Of a stretch of DNA of 64,000 nucleotides, positions 9,343-20,593 are shown piece by piece. Made by a program: the position numbers and the translations under genes. Origin of the DNA: an uncultured Gemmatimonadales bacterium (GTDB taxonomy: Bacteria; Gemmatimonadota; Gemmatimonadetes; Longimicrobiales; RSA9); assembly GCA_963798845.1 (NCBI GenBank), contig CAWCUS010000006.1:544001-608000 (forward strand), in the 5' to 3' direction. Numbering within the stretch: position 1 is the stretch's first letter; every line of letters begins with the position of its first letter. Under the pieces are notes generated by a model. The model did not search any database. It saw only the letters and a list, made by a program, of their open reading frames with translations, and was not told the origin of the DNA.

Positions 9343-10303
9343 GGCGCGCCTCCTGCCTCGCCGCTCTCGGCGCGTCGCCCCCGACCGCGCCGAGGAAGAT
9401 CTCGTGCAGCGATGGCTCCACGTGCTCGAAGCGCTCCACGGGGAAGCCGGTGGCCACCACGGCCTCCAGGAGGTCGCGCCCTGTGCGGCCCGGACGGAGC
9501 TCCACCTCCCACGCCCTCCCCCGCGGCTCGGCCGCGGCGACGGGCTCGAGGCCACGCAGCGCCCCGTCGCCCGCGCCGTTCTCGAACGCGAGGCGGAAGC
9601 GGGCAGTGCGGTGGCGCCGCCGGAGCTCGGGGACCGTCCCTTCCAGGACTTTCCGGCCGCGCGCGATGAGGGTGACCTCCTCGCACAGCTCTTCCGCCTG
9701 GGCCATGTTGTGCGTGCTGAGCACCACGGTCCTGCCCGCGTCGCGGGCGGAGCGGATGGTGTCGGCCAGCACCTCCTGGTTCACCGGATCGAGGCCGGAC
9801 TGCGGCTCGTCCAGGATGAGGAGCGGCGGCTCGTGCAGGACGGTGGTGATGAACTGGACCTTCTGCTGCATCCCCTTCGACAGCGCCTCGACCCGCTCGT
9901 CCGCCCACTCGTCCAGCCCCAGCCGGGCCAGCCACTCCCGCCCCCGCGCGGCCGCCTCCGCGCGCGACAGCCCCTTGAGCCGGGCGAAGAAGACGATGAC
10001 GTCGAGCACCTTCATCCGCCTGTAGAGCCCACGCTCCTCCGGCAGGTATCCCACCTCCCGGAGGACGGCGCGGTCCCGCTCCGGGTCGCGGCCCAGCACC
10101 TCGATGCGGCCGCCGTCCCGCAGCAGGATGTTCATGATCATGCGCAGGGTGGTGGACTTCCCGGCCCCGTTCGGGCCCAGCAGGCCGTGGATCGAGCCGG
10201 TGCGGATGGCCAGGCTGAGGCCGTCCACCGCGGTGTGCCCCGAGAAGTGCTTGGATACGTCGTCGAGCAGGAGCGCCGGGGCGTCGGTACGCGTGTCGGT
10301 CAA
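9335..10303 (-). CDS. ABC transporter ATP-binding protein
   Basis: GPNGAGKST, LSKGMQQK, LILDEP; probable TTG start overlapping the upstream TGA. Confidence 0.93.
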   Translation of the reverse strand: MTDTRTDAPALLLDDVSKHFSGHTAVDGLSLAIRTGSIHGLLGPNGAGKSTTLRMIMNILLRDGGRIEVLGRDPERDRAVLREVGYLPEERGLYRRMKVLDVIVFFARLKGLSRAEAAARGREWLARLGLDEWADERVEALSKGMQQKVQFITTVLHEPPLLILDEPQSGLDPVNQEVLADTIRSARDAGRTVVLSTHNMAQAEELCEEVTLIARGRKVLEGTVPELRRRHRTARFRLAFENGAGDGALRGLEPVAAAEPRGRAWEVELRPGRTGRDLLEAVVATGFPVERFEHVEPSLHEIFLGAVGGDAPRAARQEARHD

Positions 10304-10641
10304 ACCAGGATGATGGCGGCGAGGAAGGAGACGACCAGGGCGAACCCGGCGAGCCAGCGGCGGAGCAGGGCGGAGCGGAGCAGGCGCTCGCCCGTCTCGC
10401 TCTCCACCAGCGAGACGAACACCCCCGTCAGCGTCGCGGCGAAGAACACGCCCACGGTCAGGTAGACCGTGTAGGCGATGCGGGGGAGGAGGACGGCCGA
10501 CGCCACGATCAGCGCCACGGAGATCCCGGCCGCCCACAGCGCCTCGCGCAGCAGCGGGCGCGCCTGCTCCGAGCGCACCACCTCCAGGATGCGGCCGAAT
10601 TCCAGGCCGCGCTCCTGTGGCTCGGTACCGGGAGTGCTCAT
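10300..10641 (-). CDS. small membrane protein (3 TM), first gene of the ABC operon
   Basis: hydrophobic segments; coupled to the ABC ATPase; TTGGCT-N17-TAGCTT ends 7 nt before the ATG. Confidence 0.7.
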   Translation of the reverse strand: MSTPGTEPQERGLEFGRILEVVRSEQARPLLREALWAAGISVALIVASAVLLPRIAYTVYLTVGVFFAATLTGVFVSLVESETGERLLRSALLRRWLAGFALVVSFLAAIILV

Positions 10642-10651
10642 GCGCCGGAAG

Positions 10652-12340
10652 CTAGCGCGGCCCGACGCCCGAGCCAAGGGCGCCCACGGGGGCGTTCCCG
10701 GCGGCGGGGCGGCTGCGGCGGGCGCGCGACCCGCGCCGGAACCCCACCAGGATCCCGTCGACGACGGCCGCGGCCAGGTCCACCACGCGCAGCACGAGCC
10801 AGACCGACCCGGCCACGACCAGGTACAACACCGTGGCGGCCGCCGTGACCGATTCCGGCAGCCTCACCGATGCCGTGCCCGCGACCAGGATGAAGAGCGT
10901 GAGCGTCGCGCCCGCGGTCACCTCGCTGCCGTGGAAATACGGCGCCGCGGCCGTGAGCGGGGCGAGCGCCGCGCCCGCGCAGGCGGCGGCGAAGGCCCAG
11001 ACCAGGACCATGGCCGCGCGCACCACCGGCTCCTCCGCGCTGAGCGTGCGGGCGAGCGTCCAGCGCATGACCAGCCCCCCGAGCCCCAGGAGCCCGACGG
11101 CCCCGATCAGCGCGGCGATGACCGACACCGGCAGGCCCGCCGGGATCCCCGTGTCCACGGCCGTCAGCCCGACGAGCAGCGCCACGCTCGTGGCGACGCC
11201 CCACGCGCCCAGCGCCGCCAGGTCCCGCAGCACGTACGCCGGCGTGTCCGGGCCCGCCCGCCCATCGCCCGGCACGTCGTGGTTCTCCTCCACCTCCACC
11301 GCGAGGCGGCGCAGCACCCGCACCGCCCGCTCCACGGACGCTTCCTCCCCCGGGTGCAGCAGGAGCCGGCCCGCGCCCGCCATCGCCAGCGCCGACAGCT
11401 CCGCCTCCACCAGCGCCAGCGAGCTCTCCATCCGGCTCAGCACCGCCGGCAGGTCGTTCGCCGCCCGGAACTGCGCCGTCGCCACCCGCGCCGCAGCCCG
11501 GCGCTCCCGCCCCAGCACCCAGCCGTGCAGCCGGTCGATCGCCGCGTGCGCCAGAACCGCCGTCAGCGGCGGGACGAGCGCGGCCGCGACCCCGACCAGC
11601 CCGACCAGCGCGTAGCCGCCCCACCAGTCGAAGGCCACCACGTCCCGCGCGTCCAGCGCCGCCACCACGCCTGCGCCCTCCAGCGCCCCCAGCCCGAGGA
11701 CCACCAGCGCCGCCAGCACCAGCAGGATCCGCCCGCCGATCTGGCGCACCGCCAGCAGCGCGTAGTTCCCCAGACCCAGCAGCAGCGCCGCCGCCGCCAG
11801 CCCGACCGGCACCACCGGACCCGCCGGAACCGTGAACGGGACCCACTCCGCCTGCCCCGCCACCGGCGCCACGTACGTGAGCAGCACCCACGCGTTCCCC
11901 GCCGCCAGCGCCAGCGCCGCCACGACCAGCAGCACCCCCACCACCAGGCCGGCCGGCGTCAGCACCGCGTTCCCGGGACGGCGCGAAGCGTCGGAGCGCA
12001 GCGCCCGCGCTTCCACCACCTGCCGCACCCGCTCCACGCCCTGCGCCAGCTCCCGCTGCGCCTTCTCGAAGTCACGGCCCGCGCGGTGCGCCCCCTCCAG
12101 GCGCTGCGCCACCCGCCGCAGCTGCTCCGCCACCGACCGCCGCCCCGGCCGCTCCGACGCCATCCGGATCCCCCGGCCCAGCCGCCAGAGCGCCGGGTCC
12201 AGCACCCGCCTGCGCAGCTTGCGAACCCGGCGGACGAGGCGGAGGCGGCCCCGCCGGGTGTTCCCTCTGCCCAGGAACACGACGAGGCCCACCACGACGG
12301 CCGCGACGATCACGACCACGGCGATCAGGGGCAGCACCAT
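10652..12340 (-). CDS. hypothetical multi-pass membrane protein
   Basis: 562-aa ORF with alternating TM blocks and amphipathic helices; GC3-rich codons. Confidence 0.7.
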   Translation of the reverse strand: MVLPLIAVVVIVAAVVVGLVVFLGRGNTRRGRLRLVRRVRKLRRRVLDPALWRLGRGIRMASERPGRRSVAEQLRRVAQRLEGAHRAGRDFEKAQRELAQGVERVRQVVEARALRSDASRRPGNAVLTPAGLVVGVLLVVAALALAAGNAWVLLTYVAPVAGQAEWVPFTVPAGPVVPVGLAAAALLLGLGNYALLAVRQIGGRILLVLAALVVLGLGALEGAGVVAALDARDVVAFDWWGGYALVGLVGVAAALVPPLTAVLAHAAIDRLHGWVLGRERRAAARVATAQFRAANDLPAVLSRMESSLALVEAELSALAMAGAGRLLLHPGEEASVERAVRVLRRLAVEVEENHDVPGDGRAGPDTPAYVLRDLAALGAWGVATSVALLVGLTAVDTGIPAGLPVSVIAALIGAVGLLGLGGLVMRWTLARTLSAEEPVVRAAMVLVWAFAAACAGAALAPLTAAAPYFHGSEVTAGATLTLFILVAGTASVRLPESVTAAATVLYLVVAGSVWLVLRVVDLAAAVVDGILVGFRRGSRARRSRPAAGNAPVGALGSGVGPR

Positions 12341-12736
12341 GCTGGACTCCAGCGATTTCAGTTGTGGCAGGGGCGCCTGTCCGGCACCCTAATGATTGGC
12401 TACTTGCGGTGTCCGCGCAACGGGTTGTCGGCCTCCGCGACGCGGCCTGCCCTGATATGGGAATCGTTGTCCGGCGATGACTGAAATCTCGGTGCCACCC
12501 TCCTGGCCCGTGCGGTTAGGCCTGGAGCGGTCACGAAAAGGGGACTTCCTGTTGCGAGTCAGGACAGAGTTTGGTGTGCGATAGGACATTAGGCCTTCCT
12601 CCGCGACGATGCCGTGGGACTCTCAGTGCCCGCCCCGGCAGCGGATTCCTGCCCGTTTGGATGCACATCAGCGACGCGGCACGACGGGTGCCCTCCATCT
12701 CACCTCTGCGGTTATCAATACGCATCCCACCAGTCA

Positions 12737-14195
12737 ATGGACACGAGCCAAGACAGCGTCGCGGTCATTGGTGCCGGGCCCGCCGGTCTCACGGCGGCAT
12801 ATCAACTCGCCAAGCGTGGAATCAGAGTCACCGTGTTGGAGGCCGATGACCAGGTCGGCGGCATCTCCGCACGGTGGTTCGCGATGGCTACCGCTTCGAC
12901 ATTGGAGGGCACCGGTTTTTCACCAAGATCCCGGAGGTCGAGGCGCTCTGGCACGAGTGGCTTGGCGAGGAGATGATCCGGGTGCCTCGCCTGTCGCGTA
13001 TCTACTATCGTAAGCGGTTTTTCGACTACCCACTCAAGGCCGGCAACGCACTGCGAGGACTGGGCCTCTTCCGCGCCTGGCAGATGGTGCTGTCGTATGC
13101 CTGGGCCCGCCTGTTCCCCGCGAAAGAGGAGGACAATTTCGAGCAGTGGGTCACCAACCGTTTTGGCCGTTCGCTGTACGTGACGTTCTTCAAGACGTAC
13201 ACAGAGAAGGTGTGGGGGATGCCGTGCACGGAGATCCGGGCAGAATGGGCCGCGCAGCGGATCCAGAACCTGTCGCTGGGCACGGCCATTCTGGAACGCC
13301 TTGCCAGTGCAGCGCAGGTCCGACGCTATCAAGAGCCTCATTGAGGAATTTCAGTACCCCCGGCTGGGGCCGGGCCAGATGTGGGAAGTGGCTGCCCACC
13401 GCGTGGAGGAGCTTGGCGGACGAGGTCCTGCTGGGGCACAGGGTTGTGCGCTTCGAGGGCAAGGGAAACAGGGTAACGGCTGTTGCATGGCAATCGGGCC
13501 GGACGGACCCATTACTTTCAAACTCCGACCACGTGATCTCGACGATGCCAATTACGGGCGCTCGTGACAGCCTTCGGCAACACTGCTCCCACCGAGGCGC
13601 AAACCGCCGCACGCGGTCTGGCGCTACCGGGACTTTCTGGTTGTGGCTCTCGTCCTCGACGACGAGCCACTGTTCCCCGATAACTGGGTGTACGTCCATT
13701 CACCCGAGGTTCGGGTGGGGCGGATCCAGAACTTCAACAACTGGAGCCGCGCAATGGTGCCAGAAAAAGGGACGCACCTGCTTGGGTATGGAGTATTTCT
13801 GCTTCGAAGGCGACGGCCTGTGGGAGAGCGACGATCCGGCCCTGATTGACCAGGCCACACGTGAGCTGCAGTGGCTTGGGCTGGACGGCGGCGCTCGCGT
13901 CGTACGCGGGTACGTGGTCCGCATGCCGAAGGCCTATCCCGTTTACGACGAGGCGTACGCGCAGCACGTGGCTGCCGTTGCCGATTTCATTAAAGGTTTC
14001 GCAAACCTCCAGGTAGCGGGCCGGAACGGGATGCACAAGTACAACAACCAAGACCACTCGATGCTCACCGCAATGCTCGCTGTTGAAAACATATTCGGCG
14101 CGCGGCACGACGCCTGGCAAGTGAACAGTGACCTGGAATACCACGAAGAGATGCGAAGGAAGGGGCAAGCGGTTGTTGGTGCACCCAACACATGA
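12737..14195 (+). pseudogene. FAD-dependent oxidoreductase (UDP-galactopyranose mutase/protoporphyrinogen-oxidase-like family), about 6 frameshifts (real or assembly error)
   Basis: [55 protein letters not shown] and GRNGMHKYNNQDHSM spread across successive frames. Confidence 0.8.
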
Positions 14196-14355
14196 ACGCC
14201 GGTATTCTCACCACAGACCCATCCGACGTTCGAGATGTGCGTCACTCCCGGCGGAGAGCGTTGCACAAGCTCCGACCGCGAGGGCCGGAGGCTGACATGT
14301 TACCTCAATGCGTCTCAGTTCCGTGTCCTAGGAGGCGGTGCGACAAGGGGGATCG

Positions 14356-16008
14356 ATGAAGTGGGCCGAAAGGGACGCTCAAACTGTCGATCACCACGCA
14401 AGAAGAGCCTTAATGATGGAATGGCCTTTCTATCCTTTGGCGCTTGCACTTTATCCCCCGGCGCTCGCACTGAATACTCGGGTCGAACTTCCGCTCGGTG
14501 GCTTTGAATATTTGGCGGTCACTGGGTTCTGCGTTCTCGCGGCGGCAACAGGCGTCGTCCTTGGAAGGATCACGACAACGGCCAAGTGGGCGCCGGGCCT
14601 CATAGGGCTGCTCTTTGTGGCGGGCTTTTATGGAGCAGGGCCGATGGCAAAGGCGATGCGCGGGGATGGAGTAGGCCATGCCCATTCTCATCGTTGCGGC
14701 CGGCTGGGTGGCTGTTGTGGCAGCTGGCATTTGGTTGGGGCGGCGGGATACCGATCGGTTCAATGCCATTACATTTCCGCTAAATGCGTTCGCCATGACC
14801 ATATTGGTGCTCGGCGTCTACTCGGCCTTGAGGCCGCGCCTTGATCGAGCAGCCGGTCATCCCGGACATGGCCGCAGCTGCCCGATCTCACGCCGACGTA
14901 AGCTTCGCTGCGCATCCTGACATATACCTCCTCATCTTGGACAAATATTCCTCCCCAGATGATTTGAGGAAAAACTACGGTCTCAGCATGGACGCTTTCC
15001 TCGATTCGCTGAAGGACCTCGGGTTCCAGGTTCCTGAAAGCCAGCATACGAACTATATTCATACCAATCTCTCGCTTGCATCTCTGCTGAACTGGACGCT
15101 CCTCGGGGACGTGAGCAGTCGCGCCTCCAATATCCGGGCAGCCCAGGCGCTGGTCCAACACAACAAGACCATCCCGTTTCTCCAAGCTCGCGGGTACAGA
15201 GCGGTATTCCTGCCTACCACCTTCGCCACAACTCAGGTCATGGCAGGCACAGAAACACCTAAAACCTTCGAATATGCAAAAGGTTATGGAGGCATGTCGG
15301 TCGCGGACGTAGCCCTGATCTTCACCCCTCTTGCACGGGTTTGGGACAAAGCTTGCTCTTTGATCGGCTGTCGACGCGGGAAGTACCCATACCCCGTGGA
15401 AAAACTGGAATCGTGGACAAAGAAGCTGGAATGGTTGCAATCGGCCGGCACCCGTTATGAAGAGCCATTGTTTGTATTCGCTCATTTCTTGCTTCCACAT
15501 GAGCCGTATCTATTCGCGAGGGACTGCCGCGCGTTGCCGGAACCCGTTTGGCCCCGCGGGGATTACGGGTCCAACTGGAACGTCGTTGGAGACCTGTACA
15601 CCCAACAGATAACATGCTTCGACCGACTCTTGCTCCGTACGGTCAGAGCCTTGATCGATCAGCCTGGGCCCCGACCGGTGATACTGCTACAGGCAGACCA
15701 CGGTCACGGGAGATTGGCCGTAGATCCGTTCTTCGGAGTCTATTGAACCGGAAAGGGCCACCGAACGGCAGGTACAGGAGCGAGCGCGGACTTTCGCCGC
15801 ATACTATTTGCCACCAGCCCGGTTGGCAACAAATCGGGCACCGTATGAAGGAATGACCCCCGTCAATCTCCTTCCCGCCGTGTTCAATCGTTACTTCGGG
15901 ACAAAGATTCCCTTGTCACCAGACAGCACTTATTGGTCGGATTTCCGCAGTCCGTTTGAGTTTACGCACGTCGACTTCCAGGATCGCCATGGGCAACAGG
16001 CCAAATAG
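14356..16008 (+). pseudogene. membrane-anchored sulfatase/alkaline-phosphatase-fold protein (NoeB-like), about 3 frameshifts
   Basis: N-terminal TMs; PDIYLLILDKY, NYIHTNLSLASLLN, FVFAHFLLPHEPY, ILLQADHG, TPVNLL in successive frames. Confidence 0.7.
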
Positions 16009-16054
16009 CAGGTCCGACCCAGAGTCCCACCTCGAGCGTGGTCCCGCTCCTCCG

Positions 16055-17455
16055 ATGGGTGACAATCCCAGATCCATGGAAGAGCCTCGACGGTCGGGTT
16101 CATCTTTCCGGGACCCCAGCGGCTTCGTCTATTCACGCGGAGGAGTGATTTACCGCCAGGTTCACGGAATCTATGAAGAGCATTATCGCGCCCTGATGGA
16201 TTCGGGTCTCTATGAGGAACTGTCTGAGTCAGGGAAGCTGACGAGACATACCGAAATGCCTCTGGCATTTGCCTTCACAAATGCGGCCTGCCGCGTCCTG
16301 AAGCCGGAAACCGTACCTTTCGTCTCTTATCCATACGAATGGTCATTCAGTCAACTACAGGACGCGGCCCTCCTCACCCTTGACATCCAACTTCGTGCCC
16401 TTGGTCGCGGTATGTGCTTAAAGGACGCGGCTGCATACAATGTCCAGTTCGTAAACGCCAAGCCGGTGTTCATAGACACATTATCATTCGAGCGATACCG
16501 CGACGGCGAACCTTGGATCGCGTACCGGCAGTTCTGCCAGCATTTTCTTGCGCCGCTGCTCATGATGGACCGTTTGAACACCGGTGTTGGCAGGTTGCTA
16601 GGCACGTACCTCGACGGCATTCCACTTGATCTCGCGAGCGATCTGTTGCGGCGCCGGACCTGGTTGTCGCCCTCGATCCTGGTTCATGTCCATTTGCATG
16701 CTCGCAGCATTGCCCGATACGGGGGCAGGCACGTCCCCGAGCGAGCTGCTTCTCGGGGCGTAACCCTTTCAGGGCTAAAAGCCATACTGGCCGACCTGGA
16801 GCGTTGCGTCGGCCGTCTGTCGTGGTCCGGGCGGAGCGAATGGGCGCAATACACGGTTGAACATGGATACGAGGCGGCTGCGTTTGAAGAAAAGGCGAGA
16901 ATCGTCGGTGAGATGCTGCGAACCGTTTCGCCCAGTTCGGTTTGGGATCTCGGGGCGAATACCGGCCTCTTCAGCCGCTATGCCGCCGACATAGGTGCCC
17001 AGGTGGTCGCCATAGACGCGGACCACGGGGCAGTTGACCGCCACTACGTCACCGCCCGCGATGAGGGGATCGAGCGAGTTCTGCCAATTTGGGTTGACGT
17101 GTCGAACCCGAGTCCTTCCCTGGGCTGGAATCATTCCGAGCGGCTATCTCTTGAGCAACGGGGACCCGCTGATCTCATCTCGGCCCTTGCGCTTGTTCAT
17201 CACCTCGCCATTTCCAACAATCTCCCGCTCACGCACATTTCAGAATGGATGGCGAATATAGGACGTTGGGCGGTAGTCGAGTTCGTTCCGAAGATGACCC
17301 CCAGGCCGCGCGACTTTTGCTCACACGAAAGGACATTTTCGAAGATTATCATGAGCAAGCCTTCGATGCGGCAATGAAGAGGCATTTCACAATCGTCCGC
17401 AAAACAACCCTTCCATCAAGCCGGCGAGTTCTATATCTCTTGCGGGAGATGAACG
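16055..17455 (+). CDS. NoeA-like SAM-dependent methyltransferase, frameshift near 17292
   Basis: SSFRDPSGFV, FVSYPYEWSFSQL, LKDAAAYNVQF, VWDLGANTGLFS, ALALVHHLAI; C-terminus (DPQAARLLLTRKDIF...) in the next frame; true stop not seen. Confidence 0.75.
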
Positions 17456-17535
17456 GCACAAGGACGGTCGCAGTTCGAGCGGAGCCCCGTAATGGTTGGC
17501 GCGCCGTTGACGTCCCATCCCATCGTGAGGTTTTC

Positions 17536-17796
17536 ATGACTAGTGTGAACGCAAGCCGCAGCACTCTGGCGCGGCGTGTTCTCGGGTTGACAATCGTCGC
17601 CGTCGGAGCAGTAGTGATGATTCCGGCGCCTGCAGCGGCGTATATTGATCCAGTTTCGGGCAGCGTGTTGATACAGGTGGTTTCGGCCGCTCTGTTCGCT
17701 GGATTACTCACCTTTAGGCGCTGGGCGCGCTGGATTGCCTCGCTATTCGACAGCCTGAAGCGCCGCCGGGTCCAAGGCACGGGCCGCAAGGGATAG
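17536..17796 (+). CDS. small 'YIDP-x-S/T-GS' membrane protein
   Basis: signal-like N-terminus ending PAAA, then YIDPVSGSVLIQVVSAALFAGLL and a basic tail; GAGG RBS. Confidence 0.7.
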   Translation: MTSVNASRSTLARRVLGLTIVAVGAVVMIPAPAAAYIDPVSGSVLIQVVSAALFAGLLTFRRWARWIASLFDSLKRRRVQGTGRKG

Positions 17797-18110
17797 GGCG
17801 CCGCTCAGGTCTTGCGGCCATGGCCAGCCCGCTGCGCAGAGATAACTATGAACGAAGAAGGCCGAGGCGAGTCAAAGATTCGGCCAACTGCCGAGTTTCC
17901 GGATGCGCCCGCTGGCCGCCCTGAGGCGGACGGTGCCGATGTGCAATGCCGCACCCTTTGGGTGGAATCCGTGTGGCCTGGTTTGCGGTGGTCATTCTGG
18001 ATGCGCACTGCGGCGCTCATGACGCCCTTTGACCGTCGCCGCCTACCTAGCGAATGGCACAGTCGACATGAAATGGTGACGTGGAACACCAGGAGAGCAG
18101 GGGTCGCCAC

Positions 18111-19232
18111 ATGAACGCTCCCGGAGCCATATCCTCTCTCACCGTAAAGAGGGGGCTCACGGCTAGGCGCGTGCGGCCTGGTCGCTACGTCCGAATCCTC
18201 CTGCTTGTTATCGGCGCGGCAATGATCCCGCTGCAGGCGTGGTGGCTGGCCGACGGCATCCGGCGGCCGGGGCCGGACCACGTGGACTCGCCGCTCCTCT
18301 GGCATCAGGTGCAGAAAATCCAGCGTCACGTCGTGCCGCTATACCGGGAGATGCCCGGGTTCGGTCCGGACGTCGCGGGCGCCCCGCCCGCTCCCGGCTA
18401 CCCGGTGGACAACGCGGCATGGCTGCCGCCGCTGGCGTCTCTGGTGTCGCTGCTGCCCCCGAGTAGCCTGGTCACATTCCAGCGCGTCTGGTTCCTGGCG
18501 ATCAGCGTCGCCTTCTGGGGCTTCGCGGCCATGCTCGGGCGCCTGGCGTCGGGGAAGTGGACGGCGGAAGACTTCCTGATTTGGCACGGCGCGCTCGTGC
18601 TCGTGCCGGGAAGCCTTCTCTTCCTGATGACGTACAACGTCGACCCGCTCTTATGGTTGCTGTTCGGCGCGGCCGTGACATACCCGACCTTCCGGGGTGG
18701 AGGGCTGGTGCTGCAAACGGCCGTGAAGCCCTACGGGGTGTGGGCGTTGGCGGCGGCCGTGGCCAAGCAGGGCCGCCGGGTGCTGGTGCAGGGGCTGGCG
18801 GCGGGACTTGCCGCCGTTCTCGTGTGCGTCCTCGCCATGGGTCCGGTTCGTCTCGGGCAGGTGTGCGTGGAGTGGTTCCGGGTGATGCCGCCCGCGCTCG
18901 CGCAGGGCGGGTTCATCGGGACGAACTGGTCCCTCTCCTTCCTGCCGCTGCGCGTCGCGCGCTGGGCCGGTTGGTGGACGTATGTGGGGGGCCCACTTGG
19001 GCCGGCCTGGCGGCTCTGGCTGGCCGCCGCCTCGTTCGCCGGGCCGCTCGCGACGTGGTGGGTAACGCGCCGGTGGGAGGTGCGCCTGCACATCTCCGCG
19101 GTCATGATCGCAGCGTTGCTCTTATCCCCGCTGTGCTGGAAGGGATACCTGGCAGTGGCGCTGGTGCCCGCTGCCGTGCTGGTCCGACGGAGAGTCGAAG
19201 CGCGTTCCCGTGCCGGCGCGGCTGCGGGGTGA
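18111..19232 (+). CDS. GT87/DUF2029-like GT-C membrane glycosyltransferase
   Basis: WLPPLA, YNVDPLL, AVKPYG, NWSLS, LLSPLCWKGYL; many TMs. Confidence 0.7.
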   Translation: MNAPGAISSLTVKRGLTARRVRPGRYVRILLLVIGAAMIPLQAWWLADGIRRPGPDHVDSPLLWHQVQKIQRHVVPLYREMPGFGPDVAGAPPAPGYPVDNAAWLPPLASLVSLLPPSSLVTFQRVWFLAISVAFWGFAAMLGRLASGKWTAEDFLIWHGALVLVPGSLLFLMTYNVDPLLWLLFGAAVTYPTFRGGGLVLQTAVKPYGVWALAAAVAKQGRRVLVQGLAAGLAAVLVCVLAMGPVRLGQVCVEWFRVMPPALAQGGFIGTNWSLSFLPLRVARWAGWWTYVGGPLGPAWRLWLAAASFAGPLATWWVTRRWEVRLHISAVMIAALLLSPLCWKGYLAVALVPAAVLVRRRVEARSRAGAAAG

Positions 19233-19783
19233 GGACCGGGTTCGCGGAGTCGGGGCCAATGCCGCCTCGGGTGGTGGCGTTGCACCACCTGCCGCTGCTG
19301 GCGGCGATCGCGTGTTACGGGAGAGCGCCCTGCGGCCGAGCATTCGATCGCTTCAGATCGGCCTTTTCGCGGTCGTCACTTCGCTGGTAGCGCTGCTCGC
19401 GGGCGTTACGCGCCTGCGGCGTCCGCGGGCAAAAGTCATGTGTTGCTCACGGACGGGAGGCCGCAGGGTCCTGGAGAGACGCCGAGTAACCACTCTCCAA
19501 TCCGACGCTCCGCCGTCAAGCACCGAAATCCGCCTGCCCACGGCCGCGGGCGCGGGTTGATCACGCGGCTGGGTCAGGCGGGGGTGTCGCATGACGGAGC
19601 AACGAGGGTGGACGTGTGCGACAGCGCGCACCGGGCGCACGCTCGGCGAGCCGAATTCCCGCCCTTGTGCCGGGATTCCAGGGTGATCGACGGTCGGGCG
19701 CAGCTGTTGCCCCCTGAGGGCCACGTGTCAATGATGCATGGATCGCGCGCCACGTGATCGCACTCGTGAGGGGGAGCCAGGCC

Positions 19784-20593
19784 ATGGACAGCAGCACCTG
19801 GGTGGTGGTGCCCTGCTTCAACGAAGCCGCTCGGCTGGACGACGAAGCGTTTGCCGCCGTCATGGGTGCGCCCGGCAGCCCCACGTTCCTGTTCGTGGAC
19901 GACGGCAGCAGCGACGGCACGGGGGCTTTGCTGCACGGGCTGGCCGGCCGCTTCGCGCTGTGCCGTGTGGTGGCGCTGGCTCGGAACGCGGGGAAGGCGG
20001 AGGCGGTGCGGGCGGGCCTGAACACGGCCCTGGACGCCGGGGCGGCGCGGGTGGGGTACTGGGACGCGGACCTGGCGACGCCGCTGTCCGCCCTGCCCGT
20101 GTTCGACCGGATCCTGGACGAGGAGCCGGGACTGGACCTGGTGCTGGGGGCGCGCGTGCGGCTGCTGGGCCGTCGCATCGAGCGGTCCGCCGCGAGACAC
20201 TACCTGGGCCGCATCTATGCCACAATCGCTTCACTCGGGCTGGGCCTGCACGTCTACGACACGCAGTGCGGCGCCAAGCTCTTCCGCGCCTCGCCGGCGC
20301 TCGCCGGAGCCCTCGCCCGCCCGTTCCGTTCCCGCTGGGCCTTCGACGTCGAGCTCCTGGCCCGCCTCCAGGAGGCGTGGGGGCGCGACGGCGCGGCGCG
20401 CCTGCTGGAATTCCCGCTCCAGGAGTGGCATGACGTGGGCGAATCCAAGGTGTCCCTGGCCGGTGGCGCCGGGGCGTTCCTGTTCGTGTTCGGGCTTCTT
20501 CTGCGTCGCGCTCTCGGAATGCGCGCGCGCGGATACGCGGCGCCGCCCTCACAACAGGCGGAGCCGGTGGCACGTGCCGGGAGCGACCATTGA
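19784..20593 (+). CDS. GT2 polyprenyl/dolichyl-phosphate glycosyltransferase
   Basis: VVPCFNE, VDDGSSD, NAGKAEAV, WDADLATP, DTQCGAKLF, WAFDVELL. Confidence 0.9.
   Translation: MDSSTWVVVPCFNEAARLDDEAFAAVMGAPGSPTFLFVDDGSSDGTGALLHGLAGRFALCRVVALARNAGKAEAVRAGLNTALDAGAARVGYWDADLATPLSALPVFDRILDEEPGLDLVLGARVRLLGRRIERSAARHYLGRIYATIASLGLGLHVYDTQCGAKLFRASPALAGALARPFRSRWAFDVELLARLQEAWGRDGAARLLEFPLQEWHDVGESKVSLAGGAGAFLFVFGLLLRRALGMRARGYAAPPSQQAEPVARAGSDH

Noticed and set aside
12340..18100. Prophage, IS or integrative element
   Set aside because: No integrase, transposase, tRNA or flanking direct repeat was found by eye
19233..19750. Additional small gene or ncRNA between the GT87 and GT2 genes (also 17800-18100)
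   Set aside because: No convincing RBS/ORF, protein motif or recognisable RNA structure
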